Shown here piece after piece: positions 1-9,586 of a stretch of DNA of 64,000 bases. Source of the stretch: Verrucomicrobiia bacterium (GTDB lineage: Bacteria; Verrucomicrobiota; Verrucomicrobiia; Limisphaerales; UBA1319); the NCBI GenBank assembly GCA_963664225.1, contig OY760937.1, positions 5,088,001 through 5,152,000 on the forward strand. The letters run 5' to 3'. Below the pieces are notes generated by a model. The model did no database searches, had not been told where the DNA came from, and saw nothing but the letters and a program-made list of their open reading frames with translations. Each line of letters opens with the position of its first letter. Within the stretch, counting starts at the first letter, position 1. The position numbers were made by a program, and so were the translations under genes.

Positions 1-269
1 TTGAAGCTGAAACGACGCAGATAGGAGGCGGTGAGGTTGATCAGCAGAACGCCGCCGACCATATAGCCTCCCGGAAATACAGGTATTTTCAGCGGCAGTC
101 CCGGCGGGGACCAGTAAATGATCATGCTGCGAAAATAGCGGTTTTGAGCAGCGAACAATCCCTCATGCACCTGAGCGATGGTCCCAACAAAGACCAGAAC
201 CAATGCAGCAACAAGACAGGCGACCGTGAGTTTGAGGGAACTAAAAAAGCTTAAGATGCGTTCAGGCAT
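1..269 (-). CDS. ResB/CcsB-like cytochrome c biogenesis membrane protein (5' part only; runs off the window)
   Basis: Manual translation from ATG at 269: MPERILSFFSSLKLTVACLVAALVLVFVGTIAQVHEGLFAAQNRYFRS...PGGYMVGGVLLINL. The SLKLTV..L......GT.AQ start is typical of ResB-like proteins. Open to the window edge; not in the ORF track. Confidence 0.65.
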   Translation of the reverse strand, partial: MPERILSFFSSLKLTVACLVAALVLVFVGTIAQVHEGLFAAQNRYFRSMIIYWSPPGLPLKIPVFPGGYMVGGVLLINLTASYLRRFSF

Positions 270-270
270 G

Positions 271-1332
271 TCATTGGGCGGATTGAACGAATTTCAGGAA
301 GGCGTCCTTTTCGCGGCCCGCAGTGGAGTCCTGGCCCAGCAGTTTATAAAACCAAGTCTGCCCGGCTTTGGGAACGATCACCGCGATCATTCGAGTTTTC
401 GTCTGTTCCGAAATCATGTCCAATAAGATGGCCTTGTTTCCGCCAAGGTCAAGGGGCTCAGTAACTTTGCCCAAATCGGCCTCTTGAACGGCGGGCATGC
501 CGATCTGGCCTCTCCAGCGATTGACATTGGCCAGAGTGCCGCCGACATCGCCAGGAAACACCGCAACTGTGATTTCCGCAGATGCCCCATTCTCAACAGC
601 GGACTGAAATTTGGCGACCTGCATGGGGCCTGGGCTGAGTTGCTTCCATGACTCGGGAGTTTTCCATGTAGGCTTGGCCGCAGAAGATTCCGTGGCTGGC
701 GCGGACATGGTTTGTTCAGTTGGGCGTGGCGTGGGGGTGGCGTTGGTCTGTGGGGCTGAGGCAAAAGACAGATTTTTCAGAAAGTCGATAAAGGTCGATT
801 TTTGGGATGCCACCAGGGCGTCCGGTCCGGTCATTTTGATGAACCATGTCATGCCTTCGCGATTGAGAATGGCGCCGAGAATGCGGGTGGCCTGATTTTG
901 GTCTGGCGGGGTGCCAGCCATGTCGTAGAGCTGGCCATCCATGCCGGCAATCGTAACGGTCAGCTTTTGTGTGGCCAGAATGCTCGCATTGATCGGTTCC
1001 AAGCCTATCTGTCCCCGCCAGCGATTTACATTTTCCAGATCTTTGCCGGCCAGATTGGGGAGGGGGATGATGCTGGTTTGGGCTTCCTGATTGTCTTTGT
1101 TCTTCACCGAGAAGGAGGCCACGCGCATTTGACCGGCAGGCAATTCGGTCCAGCCGACGGGAGTCTGCCATTTAATCTGCGCAGGGCCGGTTGCGGCAGG
1201 GGATGCCTGCATGGCCGGCATCTCTTTTTCCTTTGGAACATCATAAACCTGCACTTCGTCGCGCTTGCAGCCCACAAAAACCGCCATGGCGAGAACGGCG
1301 ACAACGAGGTTAAGCGAGTTGGAATGGACCAT
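271..1332 (-). CDS. Putative lipoprotein with two tandem copies of an NVNRWRGQIG-containing domain
   Basis: Lipobox-like LAMAVFVGC after a hydrophobic stretch (likely start ATG 1332; ORF track starts 1395). Internal duplication W..P..W...GxM.VA.F...NVNRWRGQIG...TWFxKxxG. Confidence 0.75.
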   Translation of the reverse strand: MVHSNSLNLVVAVLAMAVFVGCKRDEVQVYDVPKEKEMPAMQASPAATGPAQIKWQTPVGWTELPAGQMRVASFSVKNKDNQEAQTSIIPLPNLAGKDLENVNRWRGQIGLEPINASILATQKLTVTIAGMDGQLYDMAGTPPDQNQATRILGAILNREGMTWFIKMTGPDALVASQKSTFIDFLKNLSFASAPQTNATPTPRPTEQTMSAPATESSAAKPTWKTPESWKQLSPGPMQVAKFQSAVENGASAEITVAVFPGDVGGTLANVNRWRGQIGMPAVQEADLGKVTEPLDLGGNKAILLDMISEQTKTRMIAVIVPKAGQTWFYKLLGQDSTAGREKDAFLKFVQSAQ

Positions 1333-1463
1333 TGAATAATTTATGGTTGGCGGCAGTTTGCCGCAGGTTTTTGTTGTGCTCATGATTAAAAACAAACCGG
1401 GACGGCTCTTTTTATGCCATTTGGCCCCGGCTTCAGACTATAACACATCCGCAGAGAAAAGCA

Positions 1464-1515
1464 GCCAGGAAAATTCGATCCTGGCCGCCACCTTTTGCAG
1501 GGCAGGGCCTGCAAA
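1464..1515 (-). terminator. Twin hairpins after rho; probable terminator
   Basis: GCCAGGA-N8-TCCTGGC (1464-1485) followed by a short T-rich tract on the minus strand, and TTTGCAGG-N6-CCTGCAAA (1494-1515). Confidence 0.45.
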
Positions 1516-1518
1516 GTG

Positions 1519-3258
1519 CTAACTGGTGCTCACGCTGAGCAGGAACTCGATGTTGCTGCCGGTTTTTTTGAGCTTGCCCAGGAGCAAATCCATGGCTTCG
1601 ACCGGAGGAACTCCGGTGAGCGCCCGGCGCAACAGCACAATGCGATTGTATTCGTCGGGATGATAGAGCAATTCCTCTTTGCGGGTGCCGGACATCTCGA
1701 TGTTGATTGAGGGAAATATGCGGCGCTCGACCAAATGGCGATCCAGGTTGACCTCCATGTTGCCCGTGCCTTTGAATTCCTCGAAAATCACCTCATCCAT
1801 GCGCGAACCCGTGTCGATCAAAGCGGTGGCAATGATGGTCAGGGAACCGCCCTCCTCGATGTTACGCGCCGCGCCAAAGAAGCGTTTGGGCTTGTGCAAT
1901 GCGTTGGCATCCACGCCGCCGGACAGGATCTTGCCCGAATGGGGCTGAACCGTGTTGTAGGCGCGCGCCAGACGGGTGATGGAGTCCAGCAGAATGACGA
2001 CATCCCGCTTGTGCTCGACCATGCGTTTGGCTTTTTCGATGACCATTTCGGCCACCTGAATGTGCCGCTCGGGTGGTTCATCGAATGTGGAGCTAATGAC
2101 CTCTGCAGGTTTGCAGGAGCGCTCCATGTCGGTGACTTCCTCGGGGCGTTCGTCGATGAGGAGGATGAAGCAATAGGCCTCGGGATTATTTTTCAGAATG
2201 GCATTGGCCAATTTTTGCATCAGCACGGTTTTGCCCGTGCGGGGCGGGGCGACGATCAAGCCGCGGGTGCCTTTGCCTATTGGGCAAACCAGATCAAGGA
2301 CGCGAGTGGACAATTCCTCGGGATTGGTTTCCAGAATGAACCGTTTGTTCGGGAACAGAGGCGTCAGGTTGTCGAAATGCGTTTTGTCCTTGGCCTTATC
2401 CGGGTCTTCCTTATCCACCACCTCGATTTTCAAGAGCGCGAAAAAGCGTTCCTTTTCCTTGGGAGGACGGATTTGACCTGCGACCAGATTACCCGTCTGC
2501 AGGTTGAAGCGGCGGATTTGCGATGGGGATACGTAAATATCCTCAGGACAGGGCAGATAATTAAAGCTCTGGGAACGCAGGAATCCAAAGCCGTCAGGCA
2601 GAATTTCCAGAACGCCTTCCGAGAACATGATGCCACTGCGCTCGGCGCTTTTCTGCAGGATTTGGAAAACCAATTCGTGCTTTTTGAGCGTGCCGAAATT
2701 TTCAATGCCGAAATCCTTGGCAATGGTGTTCAGGTCGGGCATGGACATCGCCTGTAATTGGCTGATGTTCAATGCTTTGGCGCGTGCTTCAGGGGTTGGC
2801 GGCGGAGGCAAAGGCTCGTCCTCGTCCTCCGGTTCAGGCTGGGGAGGCGGCTGGGGTTTGCGCGGTTCTTCAATGGCCGGTTTCAGGGCCACGCGCGGGA
2901 CGTAGTCCACCGTTTCACCCGGCTCGAGGCGATCATCAAATTCATTTCGCACGGGGGTTTCCGGGGCCTTGGGCACGGCCAGGCTGGTTTCCTCCGGCTC
3001 AACTTCGGGTTCGGGGAGAACAGCCGCAGGCGCGGACGGTTCCGGTTTCGGCGCCGCCTGAGCCGGTTTTACGGCAGGGCGTCTCACGGTTCGCCGCGGT
3101 TTCGACGCAACTTCAAGGACCTCCGGTGCGGGTGCTTTAATTGGAGCAATAGGGGCCGCCGGGTTGTCGTTCAACGGAAGCTCTTCCGTTTGCAACGCTT
3201 TCTTGGTCTTTGCGCGAGGAACCTTCGGCTTGTCCTCTTTTTTCGGAATTCTAGGCAT
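1519..3258 (-). CDS. rho: Transcription termination factor Rho with long Pro/Glu-rich N-terminal extension
   Basis: [36 protein letters not shown]-loop, [24 protein letters not shown]. Confidence 0.98.
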   Translation of the reverse strand: MPRIPKKEDKPKVPRAKTKKALQTEELPLNDNPAAPIAPIKAPAPEVLEVASKPRRTVRRPAVKPAQAAPKPEPSAPAAVLPEPEVEPEETSLAVPKAPETPVRNEFDDRLEPGETVDYVPRVALKPAIEEPRKPQPPPQPEPEDEDEPLPPPPTPEARAKALNISQLQAMSMPDLNTIAKDFGIENFGTLKKHELVFQILQKSAERSGIMFSEGVLEILPDGFGFLRSQSFNYLPCPEDIYVSPSQIRRFNLQTGNLVAGQIRPPKEKERFFALLKIEVVDKEDPDKAKDKTHFDNLTPLFPNKRFILETNPEELSTRVLDLVCPIGKGTRGLIVAPPRTGKTVLMQKLANAILKNNPEAYCFILLIDERPEEVTDMERSCKPAEVISSTFDEPPERHIQVAEMVIEKAKRMVEHKRDVVILLDSITRLARAYNTVQPHSGKILSGGVDANALHKPKRFFGAARNIEEGGSLTIIATALIDTGSRMDEVIFEEFKGTGNMEVNLDRHLVERRIFPSINIEMSGTRKEELLYHPDEYNRIVLLRRALTGVPPVEAMDLLLGKLKKTGSNIEFLLSVSTS

Positions 3259-3260
3259 AC

Positions 3261-5432
3261 TTAATAAGGGAGTGGAAATTTTTCGGTTAATGCGCGAACA
3301 CGCTGGCGAACCGCGCGGGCGGCATCGGCATTTTTAATGTCCAATATCACTTCGCTGATCATGTCGGCGATGGCGGCCATTTCGGTTTCTTTCATGCCGC
3401 GCGTTGTGACGGCGGGAGTGCCGATGCGAATACCGCTGGCTTGGAATGGCGAACGGGTTTCGAAAGGAATGGTGTTTTTATTGACGGTGATGCCGGCGGT
3501 GTCCAGAGCGATCTGGCATTCCTTGCCGGTCATGCCGCGCGATCCCACATCGACGAGCATCAAATGGTTGTCCGTGCCGCCGCTGATCAGGCGGAATCCA
3601 TTGCGGAGCATGCCATCCGCCATGACTTTGGCGTTGGCGACGATTTGCGCCTGATAGGTTTTAAACCCGGGTTGCAGCGCCTCGTGGAAACAGACGGCCT
3701 TGGCCGCGATGACGTGTTCGAGAGGGCCGCCCTGCACGCCTGGGAAGGCTTGCGAATCGATTTCCTTCGCGAATTTCTCCGGGCAGAGAATCAAGCCGCC
3801 GCGCGGACCGCGCAGGGTCTTGTGGGTGGTGGTGGTGACAAAATCGGCGTGTCCCATCGGGCTGGGATGGAGCCCCGCCGCAACCAGACCGGCAATGTGG
3901 GCAATGTCCGCCAGCAAGTAAGCGCCCACTTCACGGGCGATCTCCCCCATGCGGGCGAAATCGATGATCCGGGGATAGGCGCTGGCGCCCACGGTGATCA
4001 TGCGCGGCTTATGCAGACGGGCCAGATCGGCCAGTTCATTGTAGTCGATGCGTTCGTCCTGCTGCGATACGCCGTAGTGGACGACCTCGAAAAACCGACC
4101 GGAGAAATTTGCCTTGTTACCATGGGTCAGGTGACCGCCGTGACTTAAATTCATGGTGAGGATTTTGTCCCCCGGCTTGAGCATGGCGAAATAGACGATC
4201 ATGTTGGCCGCGCTGCCGCAATGCGGTTGCACATTGGCATGTTCGGCGCCGAAGAGTTTTTTCGCGCGTTCGATGGCCAATTGCTCGACCACATCCACAT
4301 ACTCGCAACCGCCATACCAACGCTTGCCCGGATAGCCTTCGGCGTATTTGTTGGTGAGCACCGAGCCCTGGGCTTCCATGACCGCCGGGCTGGTGAAATT
4401 TTCGCTGGCGATTAATTCGATGTTTTCCTGCTGGCGCTGCAGCTCCATGCGAATGGCTTCGCTGATTTCACCGTCCACGGACTTGAGGCGGAGGTTCTCC
4501 GGTGTGGTCGCACTTTCGATCTTACTGACACGGCGCTGGTGGCGTCCGGCATCGAAAGTGGCCGACACGAAAGCCTGGGCAATTTTTTTGGCCTCTTCAA
4601 TGGAGGTGGTTTTTGAACTCAGGCAGAGGATGTTGGCGTTGTTATGCTGGCGGGCCAGAGTGGCGGTTTCCTCGTCGTAAACCAGTGCGGCGCGCACTCC
4701 GGGATATTTGTTGGCCGCCATGCTCATGCCCAAACCGGTCATGCAAACCAGGATGCCCAGATCGTTCTGATGGTCGATGATGCTCTCGGCCACGGAGTGG
4801 GCGTAGTCGGGATAATCCGCCGGTTCGCTGGAGTGCGTGCCCGCGTCGGTCACGGTCCAACCGGATTGTTGAAGCCAGGTTTTGAGGGCTTCCTTCATTT
4901 CGAAACCGCGATGATCGGCGCCCAGGACGATTTGTTTGCGTTGAGCAGAGTGGGGCGTGTTTTCGGCGCCCCGGTTGTTTTGTTCTATAAAATTTAACAT
5001 GGAGGGTATGGCTTGTTTAATTTGATCCCGACAGAGGGCATACACATCAAAATTTCCTCCGATGGGATCGGAAATATCTTTTTCGTAGGGTTCGAGGGAA
5101 TCTTCAAATTCCCGCATTAAAAATGTTTTTTCCAGGGATTGGGGATAGAGCAGGTTGATGGCGTCAACGTGGCTGCGGGTCATTCCGAAAATGTAATCGG
5201 CCTGGTCCACCAATGCATTGGTAATTTGGCGGCTGCGCTGGTTCGAGATGTCGATGTTCAATTCCCGCAAAGCCCGGATGGCGAGCGCGCTGGGCGGCTG
5301 GCCGTTCATGGCTCCCACTCCAGCGGACAGGATCCGGTATCCACCACGGCCTTCGACAGCGCGTCGGAACAAGCCTTCAGCCATGGGGCTGCGGCAAATG
5401 TTTCCGGTGCATACAAAAAGGACTGTCTTCAT
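3261..5432 (-). CDS. glyA: Triple fusion: low-molecular-weight protein phosphatase + ribose-5-phosphate isomerase B + serine hydroxymethyltransferase
   Basis: One 723-aa ORF with CTGNICRS...DISDP (LMW-PTP), [34 protein letters not shown] (RpiB), and [30 protein letters not shown] (SHMT). Confidence 0.95.
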   Translation of the reverse strand: MKTVLFVCTGNICRSPMAEGLFRRAVEGRGGYRILSAGVGAMNGQPPSALAIRALRELNIDISNQRSRQITNALVDQADYIFGMTRSHVDAINLLYPQSLEKTFLMREFEDSLEPYEKDISDPIGGNFDVYALCRDQIKQAIPSMLNFIEQNNRGAENTPHSAQRKQIVLGADHRGFEMKEALKTWLQQSGWTVTDAGTHSSEPADYPDYAHSVAESIIDHQNDLGILVCMTGLGMSMAANKYPGVRAALVYDEETATLARQHNNANILCLSSKTTSIEEAKKIAQAFVSATFDAGRHQRRVSKIESATTPENLRLKSVDGEISEAIRMELQRQQENIELIASENFTSPAVMEAQGSVLTNKYAEGYPGKRWYGGCEYVDVVEQLAIERAKKLFGAEHANVQPHCGSAANMIVYFAMLKPGDKILTMNLSHGGHLTHGNKANFSGRFFEVVHYGVSQQDERIDYNELADLARLHKPRMITVGASAYPRIIDFARMGEIAREVGAYLLADIAHIAGLVAAGLHPSPMGHADFVTTTTHKTLRGPRGGLILCPEKFAKEIDSQAFPGVQGGPLEHVIAAKAVCFHEALQPGFKTYQAQIVANAKVMADGMLRNGFRLISGGTDNHLMLVDVGSRGMTGKECQIALDTAGITVNKNTIPFETRSPFQASGIRIGTPAVTTRGMKETEMAAIADMISEVILDIKNADAARAVRQRVRALTEKFPLPY

Positions 5433-5601
5433 AATAAAATACGATCCATGCTTTTGGGCTGGATTATCGCTTTAGCTGTCGGATGCCACTCAACATATCG
5501 TAAAGTAAATCATTCGCCAAAACAAACCGTTGGGATCCGGGGCTTGATAAAAGCATGGAGCCTTAGGATTCAAGCACGGAGAAAGGTCTTATCCTGGCAA
5601 G

Positions 5602-5760
5602 TGCGCGCAATTTGGACCGGCGAGCTTGCTGCGTCAATTAAATAATGACCATTGGCGGGCGGCAAAATGCGCATGATTTTTGCAAAGAACTGATTTCATG
5701 CCGTTTGCGCAAAGTGATCCTGAATTACTTAAGAATGTTTTTTAATTGATTGCGTGCGCA
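5602..5760. promoter_or_regulatory. Cluster of TGCGCA-type palindromes upstream of araB; candidate LacI-family operators
   Basis: TGCGCGCA (5602-5609), ATGCGCAT (5667-5674), TTTGCGCAAA (5704-5713), TGCGCA (5755-5760) in an otherwise AT-rich divergent intergenic region. Confidence 0.35.
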
Positions 5761-5863
5761 GTGCCTTTTAGACTGATGGCGATTTAAAACCCTGGCCGTC
5801 GATTTTTGTGTGGTAATGAATTCCATGACAAGGTGATCGAAAGACCTGGGTGGTTCCGGCACA

Positions 5864-7564
5864 ATGAAATCATTTATGAGCGCTCATTATACCATAGGCT
5901 TGGATTACGGCACTAATTCGGTTCGGGCCCTGATCGTGGATGTCAAAAACGGACGCGAAGTCGGCACTTCGGTTTGGGATTACGAACACGGCACCCAGGG
6001 GATCATTCTGGCGCGCGATCCCCAATTGGCACGGCAGCATCCGGTCGATTACGTTAAAGGAGCGGAGTTAACCATCAAGGGGGCGCTGAAGGAAGCGCAC
6101 AAGACGGTGCGCGGATTCAAGCCCGAGCAAGTCATTGGGATCGGTGTGGACACGACCGGGAGCACCCCGATGCCCGTGGATGCCAAAGGGGAATCCCTGG
6201 CCTTCCAGCGAAAATTTGCGAACAATCCGGCGGCAATGGCCTGGCTTTGGAAGGATCATACCGGAGTCGCTGAAGCGGCCGAGATCACCGAACTGGCGCG
6301 CAAGATGCGTCCGGAATATCTGGCCAAGTGCGGCGGCACCTATTCGAGCGAATGGTTCTTCAGTAAGATTCTGCATTGCCTGCGAACCAGTCCGGCGGTC
6401 TTTGACGCGGCCAACATGTGGGTGGAATTGGCGGATTGGGTGCCTGCGGTGCTTACGGGCACACAAGCGCCGGACAAGATCAAGGTGGGGGTTTGCGCGG
6501 CGGGTCACAAGGCCATGTTCAACAAGGCGTGGGGCGGGTATCCGGACGCGGAATTCCTGGGTAAATTGGATCCGAAAATGGCCGGGTTGCGTTCCCGACT
6601 TTGCAAAGAGGCCGGCACGGTGGACCAGTCTGTAGGCGGTTTGACGGCAGCCTGGGCCAAACGCACCGGATTGCCTGCGGGGATTCCGGTTGCCGTGGGG
6701 GCCTTTGATGCGCATTTGGGTGGAGTGGGTTCGGGCATTGCGCCTGGGACACTCGTCAAGATAATTGGCACCAGCACCTGTGACATGATGGTGGCCCCAG
6801 CGAATGAAAAACTGGCGGATATTCCCGGATTATGCGGAATCGTCAACGGCAGCATTCTGCCGGGCTTTTATGGACTTGAGGCGGGCCAATCGGCCGTGGG
6901 CGACATTTTCAACTGGTTTGTGAACCGGATCCAACCCGGGGGCGAGGTGAAGGGTTCGTTCAAGGAGTTGACGCCTTTGGCTGAAGCCCTGAAACCCGGA
7001 GAAAGCGGATTGCTGGCGCTGGATTGGAATAATGGCAATCGGACCATTCTGGTCGATCAAAGGTTGACCGGACTGCTTTTGGGACAAACGCTTTACACAA
7101 CACCGGCGGAGATTTATCGGACGCTGATCGAAGCCACGGCTTTTGGCGCGCTGACGATCATCAATCGTTTCGAGGAATACGGGGTGCCGGTGCGCCAGAT
7201 TGTCAATTGTGGCGGTATCGCGGCGAAGGATCCGCTGGTGATGCAGATCTATGCCGATGTCACGGGACGTCCCATGAAGGTCTCGCGCTCGTCTCAGACG
7301 TGTGCGTTGGGCGCGGCCATTGCCGGAGCCGTGGTGGCGGGTAAAAAAGCGGGCGGGCATGAAACATTTGCCGCGGCACAAAAGGCGATGACCGGTCTGC
7401 GTCCGCGCGTGTTCAAGTCCAATCCCAAGGCCCATGCCGTTTACAAACGGCTCTATGCGCTCTACCGGAGCTTGCATGACGCTTTTGGAACGAAGGAAGG
7501 CGCAGGCGATTTGCATCGAGTGATGAAAGAACTGATCGAAATTCGCGACAGTGTCCGACGGTAA
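5864..7564 (+). CDS. araB: L-ribulokinase
   Basis: IGLDYGTNSVRA, GIGVDTTGSTP, LWKDHT, GGTYSSEWF, LDWNNGNRT; FGGY kinase next to araD. Alternative start 5876. Confidence 0.93.
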   Translation: MKSFMSAHYTIGLDYGTNSVRALIVDVKNGREVGTSVWDYEHGTQGIILARDPQLARQHPVDYVKGAELTIKGALKEAHKTVRGFKPEQVIGIGVDTTGSTPMPVDAKGESLAFQRKFANNPAAMAWLWKDHTGVAEAAEITELARKMRPEYLAKCGGTYSSEWFFSKILHCLRTSPAVFDAANMWVELADWVPAVLTGTQAPDKIKVGVCAAGHKAMFNKAWGGYPDAEFLGKLDPKMAGLRSRLCKEAGTVDQSVGGLTAAWAKRTGLPAGIPVAVGAFDAHLGGVGSGIAPGTLVKIIGTSTCDMMVAPANEKLADIPGLCGIVNGSILPGFYGLEAGQSAVGDIFNWFVNRIQPGGEVKGSFKELTPLAEALKPGESGLLALDWNNGNRTILVDQRLTGLLLGQTLYTTPAEIYRTLIEATAFGALTIINRFEEYGVPVRQIVNCGGIAAKDPLVMQIYADVTGRPMKVSRSSQTCALGAAIAGAVVAGKKAGGHETFAAAQKAMTGLRPRVFKSNPKAHAVYKRLYALYRSLHDAFGTKEGAGDLHRVMKELIEIRDSVRR

Positions 7565-7577
7565 TCCAAGGCTTGAT

Positions 7578-8276
7578 ATGCTTGAAGCGTTAAAGAAAGA
7601 GGTTTGCGCGGCGAATCTCGAACTCGTGGCCGAGGGCCTGGTGATACAAACCTGGGGAAATGTCAGCGGCATTGACCGCGCTGCGGGTTCTGTTGTGATC
7701 AAACCCTCCGGGGTGCCTTATGGCGACATGAAACCGGAGCACATGGTGGTGGTATCAATGGAAACCGGCAAGGTTCTGGAAGGGGACCTCAAACCCAGTT
7801 CGGACACGGCCACACACCTGGCGTTATACCGGGCGTTCAAAAACATCGGCGGCATCGTTCACACGCACAGCCTCTACGCCACCGCATGGGCGCAAGCCTG
7901 CCGGGACATACCGGCCCTGGGCACCACGCATGCGGATTATTTTCACGGCCCTGTGCCCTGCACGCGACAATTGACCTCGTCGGAGATTCAGGGGGATTAC
8001 GAAGCCAACACCGGCCTGGTCATTGTGGAACGATTTGCCGGACTGGACCCGATGCATCAAGCGGCGGTAATCGTGGCGAGTCACGGGCCATTTGCCTGGG
8101 GAAAATCCGCGCACGAAGCGGTTCATAATGCGGTCATTCTTGAGCACCTGGCCCTGTTGGCGAGCGAAACGGTAAGGATCGCTCCGTTCATTGGCGCCAT
8201 GCAGACCGAATTGTTGGACAAACATTTCCTGCGAAAACACGGCCCCGGCGCCTATTACGGCCAGGGTAAAGGCTGA
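7578..8276 (+). CDS. araD: L-ribulose-5-phosphate 4-epimerase
   Basis: TWGNVS, IKPSGV, PSSDT.TH, HTHS, GTTHADYF, DKHFLRKHG..AYYGQ. Confidence 0.96.
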   Translation: MLEALKKEVCAANLELVAEGLVIQTWGNVSGIDRAAGSVVIKPSGVPYGDMKPEHMVVVSMETGKVLEGDLKPSSDTATHLALYRAFKNIGGIVHTHSLYATAWAQACRDIPALGTTHADYFHGPVPCTRQLTSSEIQGDYEANTGLVIVERFAGLDPMHQAAVIVASHGPFAWGKSAHEAVHNAVILEHLALLASETVRIAPFIGAMQTELLDKHFLRKHGPGAYYGQGKG

Positions 8277-8442
8277 TCAATATTCGTGTTTTCCTATTTC
8301 GTGCCAATAATAGTTTGAAGATTATCCGTAATCGTTCCCGGTGCTTCAATCGGGATCGCGCGGCTGAGAAGGACGCTGTTGAGTTGCGTTGCGAAAAAAT
8401 GGGCTGTTGAGTCCTTCGTTTATTTGATAGACACACCCGCGA

Positions 8443-9519
8443 TTGAAAACGGCTGATTTTGATTATGATTTGCCCGCCGAGTTGATTGCCCAGCAACCGA
8501 CCGCGGAGCGCGACCAATCGCGGTTGTTGGTTTTGGACCGGCGTGACGGCAGTGTGCAACACCATCGGTTTGTCGATTTACCTGGATTTCTCAAGGCTGG
8601 AGACCTGGTCGTATTCAATGATTCCCGCGTCATCCGAGCACGCCTGCGCGGGATTCGTCCGGCATCCGGCGGACGTTTTGAAATACTGTTACTCTCTGAA
8701 AATCAGGTTAACGACTGGTGGGTGATGATGAAGCCTGGGAAGCGTGTGAAGCCTGGAAGCCCGTTGAAGTTTCTCGATTTGTCAGGTCAGATCGATGCCG
8801 TGGAGGCCGTGGTGGAAGAAAAGAATGACGAAGGCCATTGTCGTCTCCGGTTTCTCGGCACGAAGGATCTGCGGAACGATTTGGAGCGGATCGGCGAGGT
8901 GCCGCTGCCTCCATACATTGAGCGCGCTGCGGGTATCCAGACTCCTGAGGATGTCACACGCTATCAGACTGTCTATGCACAGCACGCGGGATCTGTGGCG
9001 GCGCCCACTGCGGGCCTGCATTTCACCACGCGGATGATGGATTCGCTAAGACAGCGTGGGGTGGAAACGGCGTTTGTCACTCTCCATGTCGGACCGGGAA
9101 CCTTTGCGCCTGTGAAAGAAGAGGATTTGTCGCGGCATCCAATGCACGAGGAATCATTCGAGATCAGCGCGAGTTCGGCAGGGCAAATTCTTAAAGCCCG
9201 CGCTGAGAAAAGGCGCGTGATTGCGGTGGGAACGACCAGCATGCGCGTGCTTGAAAGTTCAGCGGCACATAACAGCGGTTGCGTTGCGGCCATGCGCGGG
9301 TCCACTAGGTTGTTCATCCATCCCCCGTATGATTTCAAGGTGGTCGATGTTCTGTTGACCAATTTTCACCTTCCCAAATCGACACTGTTGATGCTGGTTT
9401 GTGCATTTGCATCGCCAGGATCGCTGGTGGGTTGCTCGCATGTGTTGAATGCCTATCAAGAAGCCATCAAGAATCGCTACCGTTTCTTCAGCTACGGGGA
9501 TGCGATGCTGGTATTGTGA
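8443..9519 (+). CDS. queA: S-adenosylmethionine:tRNA ribosyltransferase-isomerase
   Basis: DFDYDLP.ELIAQ, PLPPYI, YQTVYA, AAPTAGLHF, VGTT, TNFHLPKSTL, RFFSYGD; TTG start. Confidence 0.97.
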   Translation: MKTADFDYDLPAELIAQQPTAERDQSRLLVLDRRDGSVQHHRFVDLPGFLKAGDLVVFNDSRVIRARLRGIRPASGGRFEILLLSENQVNDWWVMMKPGKRVKPGSPLKFLDLSGQIDAVEAVVEEKNDEGHCRLRFLGTKDLRNDLERIGEVPLPPYIERAAGIQTPEDVTRYQTVYAQHAGSVAAPTAGLHFTTRMMDSLRQRGVETAFVTLHVGPGTFAPVKEEDLSRHPMHEESFEISASSAGQILKARAEKRRVIAVGTTSMRVLESSAAHNSGCVAAMRGSTRLFIHPPYDFKVVDVLLTNFHLPKSTLLMLVCAFASPGSLVGCSHVLNAYQEAIKNRYRFFSYGDAMLVL

Positions 9520-9538
9520 GCTGACATTGGAATAATAA

Positions 9539-9562
9539 AGGCGCCCCGGTTAAGAGGCGCCT
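9539..9562 (-). terminator. Intrinsic terminator between convergent queA and oxidoreductase genes
   Basis: AGGCGCC-N10-GGCGCCT followed by TTATTATT on the minus strand. Confidence 0.55.
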
Positions 9563-9586
9563 GGCGCGAGAGCATTTCGCAATTCT

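Noticed and set aside
1405..1419. Possible sigma54 promoter (minus strand TGGCATAAAAAGAGC) upstream of the lipoprotein
   Set aside because: Spacing is right but the -12 element lacks the conserved TT; too weak to call.
5433..5600. Riboswitch (ZTP, glycine or THF) upstream of the glyA fusion
   Set aside because: No recognisable consensus by eye; an Infernal/Rfam scan would be needed to exclude it.
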